From: Raillietiella orientalis
Taxonomy: Eukaryota
Direction of reading: 5' to 3'
Length of the DNA stretch: 64,000 nucleotides
NCBI GenBank assembly: GCA_036172245.1
Contig: JAYWIR010000001.1
Span: 7,626,001-7,690,000 of the forward strand
Part shown: in pieces, positions 39,550-50,894 of the stretch
Layout: each line of letters opens with the position of its first letter
Numbering within the stretch: the stretch's first letter is position 1
Program-made: the position numbers and the translations under genes
The notes under the pieces: model-generated
Told to the model about the DNA's origin: nothing
What the model saw: only the letters and a program-made list of their open reading frames with translations
Databases searched by the model: none

Positions 39550-42500
39550 GCTGGCGTGCTTCCTCGACGTCCGGGTTGAGTGCAGGCCTGAGAGGCAGCC
39601 GCAGCGCTCTCAGGATTCGGGATAGACAACAAGACTAGATCCCTCTCCTGGAGATTCCCATGGATAGCTATATGAAGAATCCAGGTGCATGATAGGTGCC
39701 TTTGCACATCAGGCACGGTCTGATTCTCTCCAAGAGCGGAGCAATATCTGGTCACAGTCTTGGAGGGCAATGTTTCCTGTTGGAATGGGGCACTATCTAA
39801 AACGTATTCGTAGCTCCTCGAATTTGCCACATGTTTTTGTTCCCCCCCCTTCGGAGGATAAATGGATTCATAAGATAAGCCGTATGTGTCATCGCGAAGC
39901 CTAGAGACCTTCTTGCATGGACGCAGGCCTGTGCATCCTCATGTTGTATGGGATCTAACAGCAGCTGCACTTTAAAAGATCAGCATTATTTGTCAACAAG
40001 TGTCAGAGGTGTTGGTGTCCTACCACCAGCTTGATTAATTATAAAAAGTCTCGGGCTCCCAGGAGGCTTAGCCACCTTGCTAAGGGGCACATTGGAAGAA
40101 ACCAAGAATCCAGAAGCCCTATGAAGACGGCCGATATCTTCACCTAAAGAGCATCCTCAGATTTCGTGAACCGCTGTCAATTTCACGACCTGGAGGCGTG
40201 ACAGTGTTAGCACTGGGAAGGTATCTTGGATACCAGCTCGGTTGCACCCCTTTGTGAACCTGAGCAGCACGACTTCAGATAGCGTCTTAAATAATGAGAG
40301 AGTGAGGATGTGGGAAGTCAATGACGCGAACTCTTCACGGCCAAACTAGCCAATAGAATGGGAGGATCAATGGAGGGAAAAACAAAACCCCTTGGTAAAA
40401 TGCTCGGCCACCTACCCGTCTGATGCAGTAATACCACCCACATTGGCGATTAGACTAAAGGAGTCGTCAGCCCTGTTAGACCTGAGGTGGTATCCTCCCT
40501 CCTCCATGCATCGTTGCATCAATAGACCCCCTGAAAATTCAGCAGATGGTAATCCCCTTCGTACATTGGGGAGCCTGCAAAGTTTGCAGGTTGGGTAGTG
40601 GTTCAACCTGCAAAGCTCAGCTCCACCCACGCGTCTGTGGCAGAAGTGTAAAATGGAAAAGAGAGTAAGGAAGGAGATCGTCGCTCATCCATTATTGTAC
40701 TGTGAATCCTTCCAAGTGGAACAGGGATCAGTAGCTTACTGCCTGTCACGTCACGTCCGAAAGATGGTCACGGGAACTAATGAACCGGTTCTTCTGTAGA
40801 AATGGTCTGCTCACAGCTGCAATAATGGCAATAGTATGGCGTCGTAGAAGCAAAGCAAACTCTGGAATGCCATCAGGAATAGGCAGGGTACGACTGGTGA
40901 CCACTTCTACAATGAGAAGAATGGTAATGAGACCCCTCTGTGATCGAGAGATGTGCGGAGAAATGTACGACAGGAGGACTATTAGCAATCGAGGTACCTC
41001 AAATCGATGACTTCCTTCATCTACTACCTCTTTTATTTTATTTTGTTCTATTTTATTTACTGTCCCGTGCTTTATTTCTGTCATGCGAATGACCAAGAAC
41101 CTCTCAAGGGTGGATAACGTTTTCAGGCAAAAGAATCGTTCTGTGCCTTGTATGTAGACCGTAGATTTGTTGTATTCACAGTAAACTGCACGGCGTTACC
41201 AGATGTCAGACAAGAGAAGTCGTAAACCAAATTTCAAGGAATAGTGTAAAATGAATCGATCCACGAAAATCACAAAAGTGCTCTCAATTATAGAAAGTAA
41301 ATCTTAATGAGGATGAAAAAAGACAATCAGTGTTTACATATTGCTCTATGCACATTGTCAAGCTTTTTGTTCATCAGGTACTCTTCAACTATTTGATATC
41401 AGTATATTTGAATAAAATCTCCAAACAATATGCATTTATCTTTCCTTCTGAGAAATAAAGATTTTGTGATTTCTTGGAGTATGATAATATATGAATTATT
41501 ATTATGAGCTATTGCTTCGCATCAGCCAATAAATGCTTGTTCATACCTCCCCCCAGGTAACATATACGAAATCTTGTTTGTTTTCGTGAAGCTCTTATCG
41601 TTCCAAAAATATTTCCGATTAGTTGGAAGATTTAATAATATTTAGTAAAAGCATTAATTTTGAACCAACATTAATTTAGAAATTTCATTAAAGGTCACCC
41701 ATATAATTAACTTAATTTTTCCTTTGGATTTCCTTTTTCCAAGATACCATATCTTATTTCTTGTGATTCACATTTCAAAATTTCCTTAGTACTTTTCCTT
41801 AAATATTTAAATTAGAATTTCAGTTATAAACTGAATATAAAATTGAAGAATTCGAAAATCGTCACAAACCATTAATAAAAAATCAATTAAAGCATAGAAG
41901 GTACACACTGCTTTAAAACAAAGAGAAATATTTACTTTATCCTGCATATTTTTGTACAATAGTGTTGGATATTCAAGCAGTTTTTCATTTTAAAAAATCA
42001 AGGGTCGCACTTGATTCATGTAAAGTTATGAAACGAAATGTTCATGAAACAATTAAAAGACCTGTGTGGTATTTCTATGAAACATATCATTATTACATCT
42101 AATTTCTAGGGAGCTCGAAGATTCCTTTTCGTGTTCTAAAAGTTACTGTTTGAAGGAAAATCCCTTAGTGACATATAATCCATCGATTTGAATGAACCTA
42201 ACAAGAATTCCTAAAGTTGTTTGCGCCGAAGTATTTTATGAAGACAGCATTACACAAAAACTTTTTAATCTCAAATGTAGCTACTGTTTATTCAGTAGTT
42301 GTATTTGCCGCCCATAAAGATGGCCTGATGTAAACTACTCATGGGAAACATATTACTTGTTTGTTGTATGAATTATGGAAGACGGAAGTGGCGCAATATG
42401 CTGATTAAGTTCCTTCACGTTATGCATTCAAATTTCTGCGATAATCATTTGTGAAGCGCGACTCTCAATGGGACTTTTGAAACAGATATCTACTGGTTAA

Positions 42501-45253
42501 TCTTAAGTTTTCGCATGTAATGAGTCTTATGTGAAACATTATCTGTTGTAAATTGTTCAAATTGAAGTTAATTCTACATAATAAAACTTCTTTTGACGAG
42601 TATTTATAAAACATCTAAGATTTATAGAAGATTTATCGTAAGCAGTGCATATATAGTGTTTTCTAAAAATAAGGGTTATATAAAATAGTTATATATAAAA
42701 GGTTATATATTTATAAGCCTCGATTTCATCTATGAGTGAGCTGTTTCCCTTCAACTTCAAATGATTTTCACTGTTTGCGGAAGACCTTCTTTCAACACAA
42801 ATTTAAAAACACTGAACCTAGTTGATACTGAAATCTTGAAAGGAATGCTTCGTCGTAAAAATGAATGAACAGAAAAAAAGGCTTTTGTTCGCTGTTAAGC
42901 GAACAAAATTCAGATTCTGAATATGTGTTGTGAGAGTCAGTGAATGAGAATGTGGTAAATCATGAAACGTCATATGTTCGTATTATTTATGCAACATATT
43001 TAATATAGTAATCTCTTAGTTTCCGAGCATGTTCGATATTTCATACGAGTTAAGAGGAGCATGATTAGGTTAGGGTTATGCAACCGAGAGGTTGTTATTT
43101 TTTTGAATTCACAGAAATTTTCACTCCCCGAATGTGTGACAGCACTGGTTCCGTTAGAAGCGATTGTGGATTGTATCGGAAGTGTGGATGATTGTATTTG
43201 AAACTTTTAATATTTCCTCTTTTGCGAATGAATCGGAGCGAATTTCCGTAATGTTGGTTTCCTTTCGGTATTTACTAACATGTTTTGTTGACATTTTTTT
43301 GTTTGAAGGTCGTAGGTAATTGCGTTTTCGTTTATTCATTTAGATACCCTTGTTTGCGTAATCGTTTCACTCTTCCCCCCCTCCCATGTCTGTACTGTCA
43401 AATGTGTGTTTTCATATTCTCCAGGCATCTTTGGGTTCCGATGTTTTTTCACATTTGTCTCTTTAGAAATTGTGTAAGATCCCTCTCTGAGGTATATTTG
43501 CTGTTGGAAGTTTTGCTTTTATCGCTATAAAATCGAAGCAGCTCATGATACTGGTTGTTATGCGAATCTGAATTATGTTGTGATTTGGGATCTGCCTGTT
43601 GGGTTTCGCATTCTGCATTGAATGTAATTATATATTTTGTAGGTGTACATAATTGCACAATAAAAGTATGCTATACTTGAACGAACGAGTGTTTATAAAA
43701 AGCATCATTTGTTCCAATCTGTAAAATGGGAGTTGAAATCAGTTTTATTTGAATTCTAGTATAACGTTGTAAGTGTTTCATAGCCTAAAGAATTGTTATC
43801 GAGAATGAAGAGTTATGATGACTATAATACAGTTTATGAAATGGTTCTCGAAATTAAGTAGTTACACAAAAAATATGTGAAACACATGCTCTAAAACGGT
43901 TAGAAGCTATCATTCAGCAGGTAAAATTAAAGAAAAGTATGAAAGGATGAAATTAGGTTTTTTTTTTTTCCCTTTTGCTCAAAGATGCGCAATTTGTTTA
44001 GGTGGACAATTTGTTAGCTCATTTAATACCGATTTATATCCCATTGCTGGTGGGGATATTTATAATTTTTGGCTATGTGAAAGGCACAGTTATTAACTTA
44101 TTTTATGCCTTAAAAAGTGTGATAATGGCATCATAATATATGGAGACTATATGTGTTGTGTATTGATGCACCACTGTTGTATAGTAGAATGAACGTATTT
44201 CTCGAGAATGAATGAGTAGAGGACTTTTAGAAACAACCATATATTTTCTTTAAGTTCACTACATGATCGGACTTGGTTTTGAAGCCTTTTTGGAGAAATA
44301 AAATGATTCTGGCCAACCAAATTGTTAGTCTTGATAATTGATGTTCATCCTTTAGGAAAACCTTCAAACATAATTCTTGCCACATAATAATATTGTATGA
44401 GAGTATGGATATATGGGATTGATAGTATGATAGGATACAGTAAATAATTTAAGCATGTGAGATAAGGTTACTGTGTAAGGATTGTTGTGCACATGTTTAA
44501 TGATCACTTATTCTTGCAACTGAGTGATTTACCTTTCAAATCTGCATTCGCCATAGTAAATTGGGTCGTATTGTCACATGATTAATAATTAGTATTCATG
44601 TTTTTTGACTGTAGTATGTCATGTTCTGTATAGAAACAGGAAATTGTTTCATTATCTTTTAGCTTTGTTTATTTCCTAATTATGTTGGTCATTTGTTAAT
44701 TAAAGTGTATATGATTTATGACTATATTGTACTTATGTTTTTGTATGTTTAGCGTAAATAGCCAAATGTTCATCCATGTTTTAATGTTAATGTGGTAATA
44801 TAGTTCAGATGACAAAGGTACCCTTTAGTTCTAAAGGGATTGGTGAAATGTATTTTTTTTCTTTTCTAAATTTAACCATCCAAAAATATCGGATATTGCA
44901 TATCATGAGCTTTTTCTTCGTTGGTAGCTCATTTTTATAACCAAAGAGTGTTAAGTGGAAATTTTCAAGAAAGAATTTCCAGTGCTGTGTTTTGGGTCAG
45001 GATGAGAGAATGTGTTTTGTTAAGAACTCACAAGCAACAATGAAATCTTATGGACATATCTGTCGGAACTTCATGAGACTTCATTATATTTCTTTTGGGG
45101 AATCAATTATTAGTTCAGAAATAACATTCTTCAGAATATGGAAAGGAGTGTGTAAGAAAGGTTCTGGAAAAGATGATTTGATCTTTGTGTCTGTTATTGA
45201 TTTGGAAGTAGAATAATTGCAAGTTGATGGAGTTTTGTTGTCTAAACAAATTT

Positions 45254-45347
45254 GCTGTTTTGATGAAGATCAAAAGAGATATAACTTCTGAAATGATAAA
45301 CACTTGTCAACATATTTTTAATCTAGATTTAAATATTCTGATCAGTT
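45254..45347 (+). ncRNA. Weak candidate box C/D snoRNA
   Basis: TGATGA (45261), CTGA (45288), TGATAA (45294) and CTGA (45338), with a short terminal stem gctg/cagt in K-turn register. No guide target recognised, and box C lacks the leading purine. Confidence 0.2.
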
Positions 45348-48300
45348 ATACATGACTTGAAAATAAAAACCAAAAACCCAGTAACCAAACTGAAATAATA
45401 TTCAAAAATATTGTCAGTCACCTTTTTGTGCATAAAAAATTAAGAAAGGGTCAAGTTTTCAACTTTTTTTCCCCAAGAAAAGATGCGAATTTTGATGAGA
45501 TGGAATTTTTATTTGTTTTCCAGTCTATTGGTAAAAACAAATTTTATTCCATTTTACTTTGAAGTACAAATTTATTTGCTCACGGAAAGCCAGTAGATTA
45601 CACTAGAAATTGTGTATTTGTATATCGATGTCTTTAAGCAGAACAGAATACTTTTATTGATGAGTTTTACTAATGTAATTTGATAAGTCTTTTCCTTTTT
45701 TTGATGTTTATGATTACAGTAACATTTTGTGCTTAGTCTACTTGTTAATGTTTTATTGCAATCTTCCGATTATTTAATGGTTATATCTAATTTGTGCCAA
45801 GCATAACATTGGAAATAATGCCAATTTAATTATATAGATCTTGATATTATACTGCCAAATATCATGTCTTGTTGTCATGTACCCTGGTGGTAAAGTTTCG
45901 TGGGTTGTTTTATTTCCACTTGCAATTTGTAGTTGCAGTTATTCTTTTGATAAGTGAATTGTTACTCATTGGTTTGTGGACATTAATTTTTTTTGATATT
46001 CTTAATCTTTTCGAGATAGCAATTATATTGCATGGCAGAAGTACATGTAGTGTGTCAGAATTTTGAAGTCACTGTCTTGTACATTATTATGGTTGCTTCG
46101 TGAGTTTGTTTTCTATTGACGAAGGAAAAAAGGCTGATACTTCATACTGTAGCTACATCAAATACCTACCTGTAATTATATTCTACACTAAAATTATACA
46201 GTGTAGAATATTATGTGTACACACGACTTCACAATTTTGTATGATATCTTTGTATTCACAATGATATCTGGCATTGTGATAATTACAAATAATTTGTGTC
46301 CAGTTCAAGTGATATGTAAGAAATGATATCCTGCGTGAAATGATTTCAAAACACACACTTTATTGTAGTTTGAATGGACCTTATTGGTTCACACATGTTT
46401 CAGTTCCTTAATACATTAAGTGAAGAGCTTTTTTCCCATGATGAGGGGTTGTTTCTTTTTAAAAAAACACAAATCTTTCGTGTTTGCAGACTTCAGTGGG
46501 TGAGGATATTCATGTGGTCATAAAAACGAAGGTTGCTACTTTCAATATGGGCAATCTGGCGCGCCAGCTCGAAAAATTTTAGGGCGTTTTCCTGATGAAT
46601 ATGTATGTTTGTCGTATTTGGGTTTTGATTTCATTAATGATTAAGTTGCAAGCACAACATAGTATCGTATGAGTGAGATTTTCATCGATGCGAAAGGGAA
46701 TCGAAAGTGCTTGAGAATGTTAAGTTTACATAAATGTATGATTTTGTTTTCAAAGTGACTTTTCACGAGCTGTCGTTTGAAACGTTATCAGTCGACCCAG
46801 TTATTAAACGTGCTGGTGCTTTGGTTACTCCAAGTAAAAAGATGGGTTGGTTTCTGAGTGTTGTGTTTGTCTTGTACGGTGCATTTTGCACTGTTCAAAG
46901 TGTGAGGGCATTCGAGTTATTGGTTAAAGTTCTTCAGGATGTAATTTTTTTTTTTCTTCCTTTCTGGACACCATACGGCATCGATTGCTGGAAGTATGCC
47001 CAGTCTGTCGCCTTCTGTCCTTTTAAATAAAGTCTCTCTACCTCAGTGAAAGTTGGTGGGCGTTCTTGAGTCTGTTAATTCTCGAGTCCGCGATGCAGTA
47101 GCAGATTTTGAAATGTGAATTTGCGGCTTAGAAAATGTGATTTTCGGTTGGTTAATTGGATTGGTTTGTTTAATTGGGTTTTCACAATTAGTGACTGAAG
47201 CAGCAAAAAATCGAATTATCGAAAAGCAAGCGGAACAAATTGTTGCAGACTTCGTCTATCCCATGGAACGTTTCACTAATGCTAACACACGTGACCAAAG
47301 GTTCATTTTTTCCGTAACAAGTTGGCTAGATTAAAAAGGATCGAAATTAAGTAAGTTTCCTTTATTCAGCACTTCTTGATTTCCTAAGTAGCATTGCTCT
47401 GCCTCCTTCACCGCCAGGGTTGAGGTGACCGCGTTTCCGGAATCCTCTCGGGGTCCCATCTGTTCGTCCTTCTCCGGTGTTGTTTGCGTTGTTCAGGCTG
47501 CGATGGGAAAGCGGAATAAAGTGCGTGGGTGATTCCCTGCACCTGGATCGTAAACATCCACAGGGTTTGCATATGATGAGGAGGAGGAGGGATACGTGGA
47601 TCGGTTCCTCTGCGTCAGCTGACGCGGCGGAACCGTCGATCCTATCTTCGAGGTAGTCGAAGTATAGAGAGGTCGTTGGTCGAGTAGCCGTAATACTGGG
47701 TTTCTTGGGGGGGGGGGGGGAGGGGTCATCGCAAGTTTGAAAAATTGCCACGGGCTTGGCGTATTTTTCGCCGATTTGTAAATTATCAGTAAATGAGCAA
47801 GTACATTACATGCAGGTGTTTATTTTGATGGAGTCATTGAATGAAATGCAGCTTTTTGTGCTGGTACTTTGCGACTATAAAGGAAAATTGTGCGTTTTTT
47901 TATTTTTTATTTTTTAAAAAAAAGAAAAAACATTTTCGAGCTGTTTTGTTCGTTAGCAGTATTTGTGGTAGTTTCCGAGCCGGAATAAACTCAATTCCCA
48001 AGAGAAAAAAGGTAATTAGCACTTGGGGGTATTGAACCGCAACGATTCATTTAGCCAGGTGTTTTCAGGACCGGAAACGCTTGAGTGAATTAACTCTTAA
48101 TTGCTTGGTCCGTCGAGGTTCCGTAATTTGCATGATTTGCTTCTTTCGTGGTTTACCAGAAAAAGAACAAAATTCTCGGAAGTGTGCACTGAAGTGTACC
48201 CAATTTACGAATTGCTCCGAAATTCTAACTATTGAACGAGCAAATACATCCAAGGTGGAAGATTTCATAAAGGCCATTTTGTTTTGTTTTTTTCCTTCAT

Positions 48301-48589
48301 GTACAGCAGTAATCAAACCTGCAGTTTTTTTTCATCTATGAAGCCTTCCCCCCCCCCCCGCTCAAAGTTAGGAATAAATGTTTGTACTCCGTATGGTATC
48401 CCTGCTGTGCATTCTTAGCATCTTTTGAATATGAGCATGCATCCACCTATTTGATACGTTTCATTTTCATTTTTTTTTTTTTTTTTTACAGTAACAAGGC
48501 TGCATAAAGTTATTTTGCACGAAATTTTTTTCCTTCTCCCGTTTATATAGTTTGCTTCCCGTATTTTTTTTTTTTTTTTTTGTACCTCG

Positions 48590-48624
48590 ATCGCTTCTCA
48601 CCCTTTTGGCTAAGATCAAAGTGT
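48590..48624 (+). pseudogene. U2: U2 snRNA 5' fragment (first 35 nt)
   Basis: ATCGCTTCTCACCCTTTTGGCTAAGATCAAAGTGT versus recalled U2 5' end ATCGCTTCTCGGCCTTTTGGCTAAGATCAAAGTGT, 33/35 identical. Similarity stops inside the branch-point recognition sequence; no Sm site or 3' stems follow. Confidence 0.85.
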
Positions 48625-50486
48625 TGAGGTGGTCGTATGGCGTTGAATTTGCGACTTTTGGTGCTTCTGTGACTGTGGGTTGCCTGGATTCGAGCCTTCG
48701 TAGGTGTTTGGAGCACCATCGACTAGGCAGTTGACCTACGCAGTTCGTTGCTTCACTGCGTATCGCGTATGCGCCACCGCGCGTAGGCAATGGCTGCAAT
48801 GAGTAATGAAAGCAAACTGCAGAAGAGTGCTAGTCGGCGCCGTATCTTCTGTTCAAGGAAGTAACCAGATCACCGGAAAGATGTAGCAAGGATCTGTCAT
48901 CGTTGAACTTGCTGTTTTTACGTGGGCTGGTCTTTCGCATGAAAAAAAAAGAAAAGCGGTAAGCCCGTAAGGTTTATGATGGGTGCGAGCTCAAATTTTC
49001 GAAAGTCGAATGCAGAAGGAAATCATGTGCTGATTATCTCCACAGTCTGAGAGTCTTTCGATTTAAGTTGGGATTCTGAAGCCATGGAGCACTTTCCTGA
49101 CAGGAGAGCTCTGTCCTTGTTTTATGTAGTATTTGAAGCTCTGAGCGGTGTTACATTTAATATTCGCTCATTCTGCGTAGACCCAGACATTCACGTATCG
49201 GTGTGACCTAAATAGCAAGTCCCAGAGCTGGATAATTTCGTGTTATAGGGGGGGGGGGGGATCCTTCAGCATCGGAGATTCGGGATTTCCGGAGAAGCGT
49301 CACGCTTGATTGGTCACTGCAATTAATTAGGTGGGTTTGTTGTCCATTCGTTGTGGTTCGCAGGTGGGGTTTTGTGGCCTCTTATCTCCCCGGCAAGTTC
49401 AGCGACCCTAATGAGTTTGAAAAAAAACAGTGGAGCGTATAGGAATCGCTGTACTCAGTCAGGTGTGTTTTGTTTGGTCATGTGACCTAGACAGCGTCTC
49501 TCCCTTTCGTTATATATTTCGGTAATTGGGGGGAAGGGTTCAGTTTGAGTGAAGCGCTTGGACTGGAAGCCTACCTGAGATCCATCGGTGCGCTTTTATC
49601 TTTGATTTCGGATTTGGTGCACGCTGCGACATTGCTGCCTTGCATTCGAATTCGCCCGTACCTTAAGGTTAGTTAAGGATTGAGAATCGTTCTTTGCGTG
49701 AGAAATACGGAAATGCTCGTAAAGCTACAAAACACCGCCCCTCCCTTTGTTCGAACATGGTAGAAGCCGTCGACTGTGGTTTTGATCAAACCAAGTTCGT
49801 TCATCCTTTCCCCGTACTTACAAGTTTCGCGACTAAAAAAATGTGATAATCCTTTATGCATATTTCATACAAGGCGCGAATCGATCCGTAATGCCGATTC
49901 GAATGGTTTCTCCCCCTCCCCCCCCATGCCCCCCTCCGCCCTCCTCCAAATTCGTTTCCCCAAAAAGGCGACGAGCGAACAGCGGAGGGAGAAGCCATTG
50001 CTTTCCTCGTGTAATCTTTGAAGTTTCCATTTGCTCGATCCGATGATTCCTATTTACGTGTGTTCCTTCCTCATCTAATCCATGATCTGTTTGTCCGTAG
50101 TTTCCGGAGGAAAGGAAAAAAAAAAAATAAAGGTTTTCCTTTTTTTTTTTTCTTTTTTTTGCTGAACGCCCTTGCGCAAGTGTCTCCAGCCGCTCTGCTT
50201 TCGTCACGCACGTGTAGTAACTAAACAAGTACGCAATTGCTACAGAATCAAGTACGCATGCCAAGTGGGAAGTTGTACGACATTCTGGCAGTGTCGAATA
50301 TCTTGGATGCCCAATTCATGAGTACGTTGGTTGCGTAACTGTGTAAGTCTCAAGCGATTGGTTGTTTTTATTTATCTCCAGAAAGCTTGCGCCGTGAATG
50401 GTATGGTGTACATTTGAAGAAACACGTTCACTCTGCGTCTGTGCTCTTCGCTTAAGACTTCCGCTCGTTTGTACTTTTGGTGTATG

Positions 50487-50894
50487 ATGGCTTTTATGAT
50501 TCCCGTGGTAAAGAACGATTGGGATATCTACGGATCCCGGTCTAGGAAACTGTCGGAGTGTTCCCATGCAGACTATCACAAATGCAGAAACAGACCGAAT
50601 TCTATTAGTAAATCGGAAAGTAGCAGTCTTTCTAATTCGCCTGGCACAGGATTCTGCTTCGGCAGCCCTACTCAAGCCACGATCGTCGACCCAGTCTACG
50701 GAAGGGGGAGCAATCGCAGCTCCTCTCAGTCGAGCTCCAGCGACCTGAGTTCCCAGTTCTCGCTGCCTCCCTCGTGCTCCTCGAATGGTGAAGCTGCCTC
50801 GAGTTTCAACAAGAAACACCACGTGCATCTCATCCGCAAGCTGAAGAAGATCCTCAAGCTGAACGGTTCCGACAGCGAAATCACCAGGATGTGA
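50487..50894 (+). CDS. Small Ser-rich uncharacterised protein (135 aa, MAFMIPVVKNDWDIY...), single coding exon
   Basis: Open frame with coding-like composition in an AT-rich surround. Strong acceptor tttatctccAG at 50380-50381 upstream and AATAAA at ~51333 downstream. The N-terminus resembles uncharacterised arthropod proteins as I recall them; not verified. Confidence 0.7.
   Translation: MAFMIPVVKNDWDIYGSRSRKLSECSHADYHKCRNRPNSISKSESSSLSNSPGTGFCFGSPTQATIVDPVYGRGSNRSSSQSSSSDLSSQFSLPPSCSSNGEAASSFNKKHHVHLIRKLKKILKLNGSDSEITRM

Noticed and set aside
43064..43080. TTAGG TTAGGG telomere-like motif
   Set aside because: Only two units; not an array.
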